Of a stretch of 45,681 bases of DNA, positions 45,606 through 45,681 are shown piece after piece. The position numbers and the translations under genes are program-made. Source of the DNA: Patescibacteria group bacterium. Lineage in GTDB: Bacteria; Patescibacteriota; Minisyncoccia; 2-02-FULL-40-12; IGHO2-01-FULL-4-A. The stretch is from the NCBI GenBank assembly GCA_038064015.1, contig JBBTUB010000033.1:1-45681 (forward strand), written 5' to 3'. The notes under the pieces were generated by a model that saw only the letters and a list, made by a program, of their open reading frames with translations, ran no database searches and was not told the origin of the DNA. Each line of letters opens with the position of its first letter. Positions within the stretch are counted from its first letter, which is position 1.

Positions 45606-45681
45606 CCCTTTTTCGATCGGCCGAGCTTCTACTGACCTTCCCCACCTGACTTAACAACTGTTCGCCTCTCTGGTATGCTGA

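Noticed and set aside
1-45681. Alternative genetic code (TGA=Gly)
   Set aside because: TGA terminates many genes at homologous C-termini and forms ATGA overlaps.

Overview
Gene-dense bacterial window with the hallmarks of a Patescibacteria/CPR (Parcubacteria-like) genome: standard code with TGA stops, ATGA gene overlaps, pilin genes, paired VirB4/TraG-like ATPases and short secDF. Taxonomy is inferred, not proven. The dominant feature is a ~31.5 kb co-oriented array (3451-34953) of 12 intact, diverged paralogues of a ~540-575 aa cysteine-rich protein. Each has homologous Zn-ribbon modules at both ends and a twice-repeated Cys-rich core. The copies are interleaved with small accessory genes (kinase-like, NUDIX, MGMT, hydrolases, methyltransferase, ABC exporter, VIT1, an ECF sigma module), and the array is bracketed by two convergent ATPase genes. 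The paralogues carry optional modules in mosaic combinations, which suggests shuffling by recombination. A second layer is a set of tiny (24-50 bp) palindromic or 7-bp-periodic DNA elements written in-frame into coding sequences, including one filled/empty site pair. An unannotated 29-aa membrane peptide shares a candidate ECF promoter motif with the adjacent sigma gene. No rRNA, tRNA, CRISPR array, reverse transcriptase, integrase or transposase was recognised.
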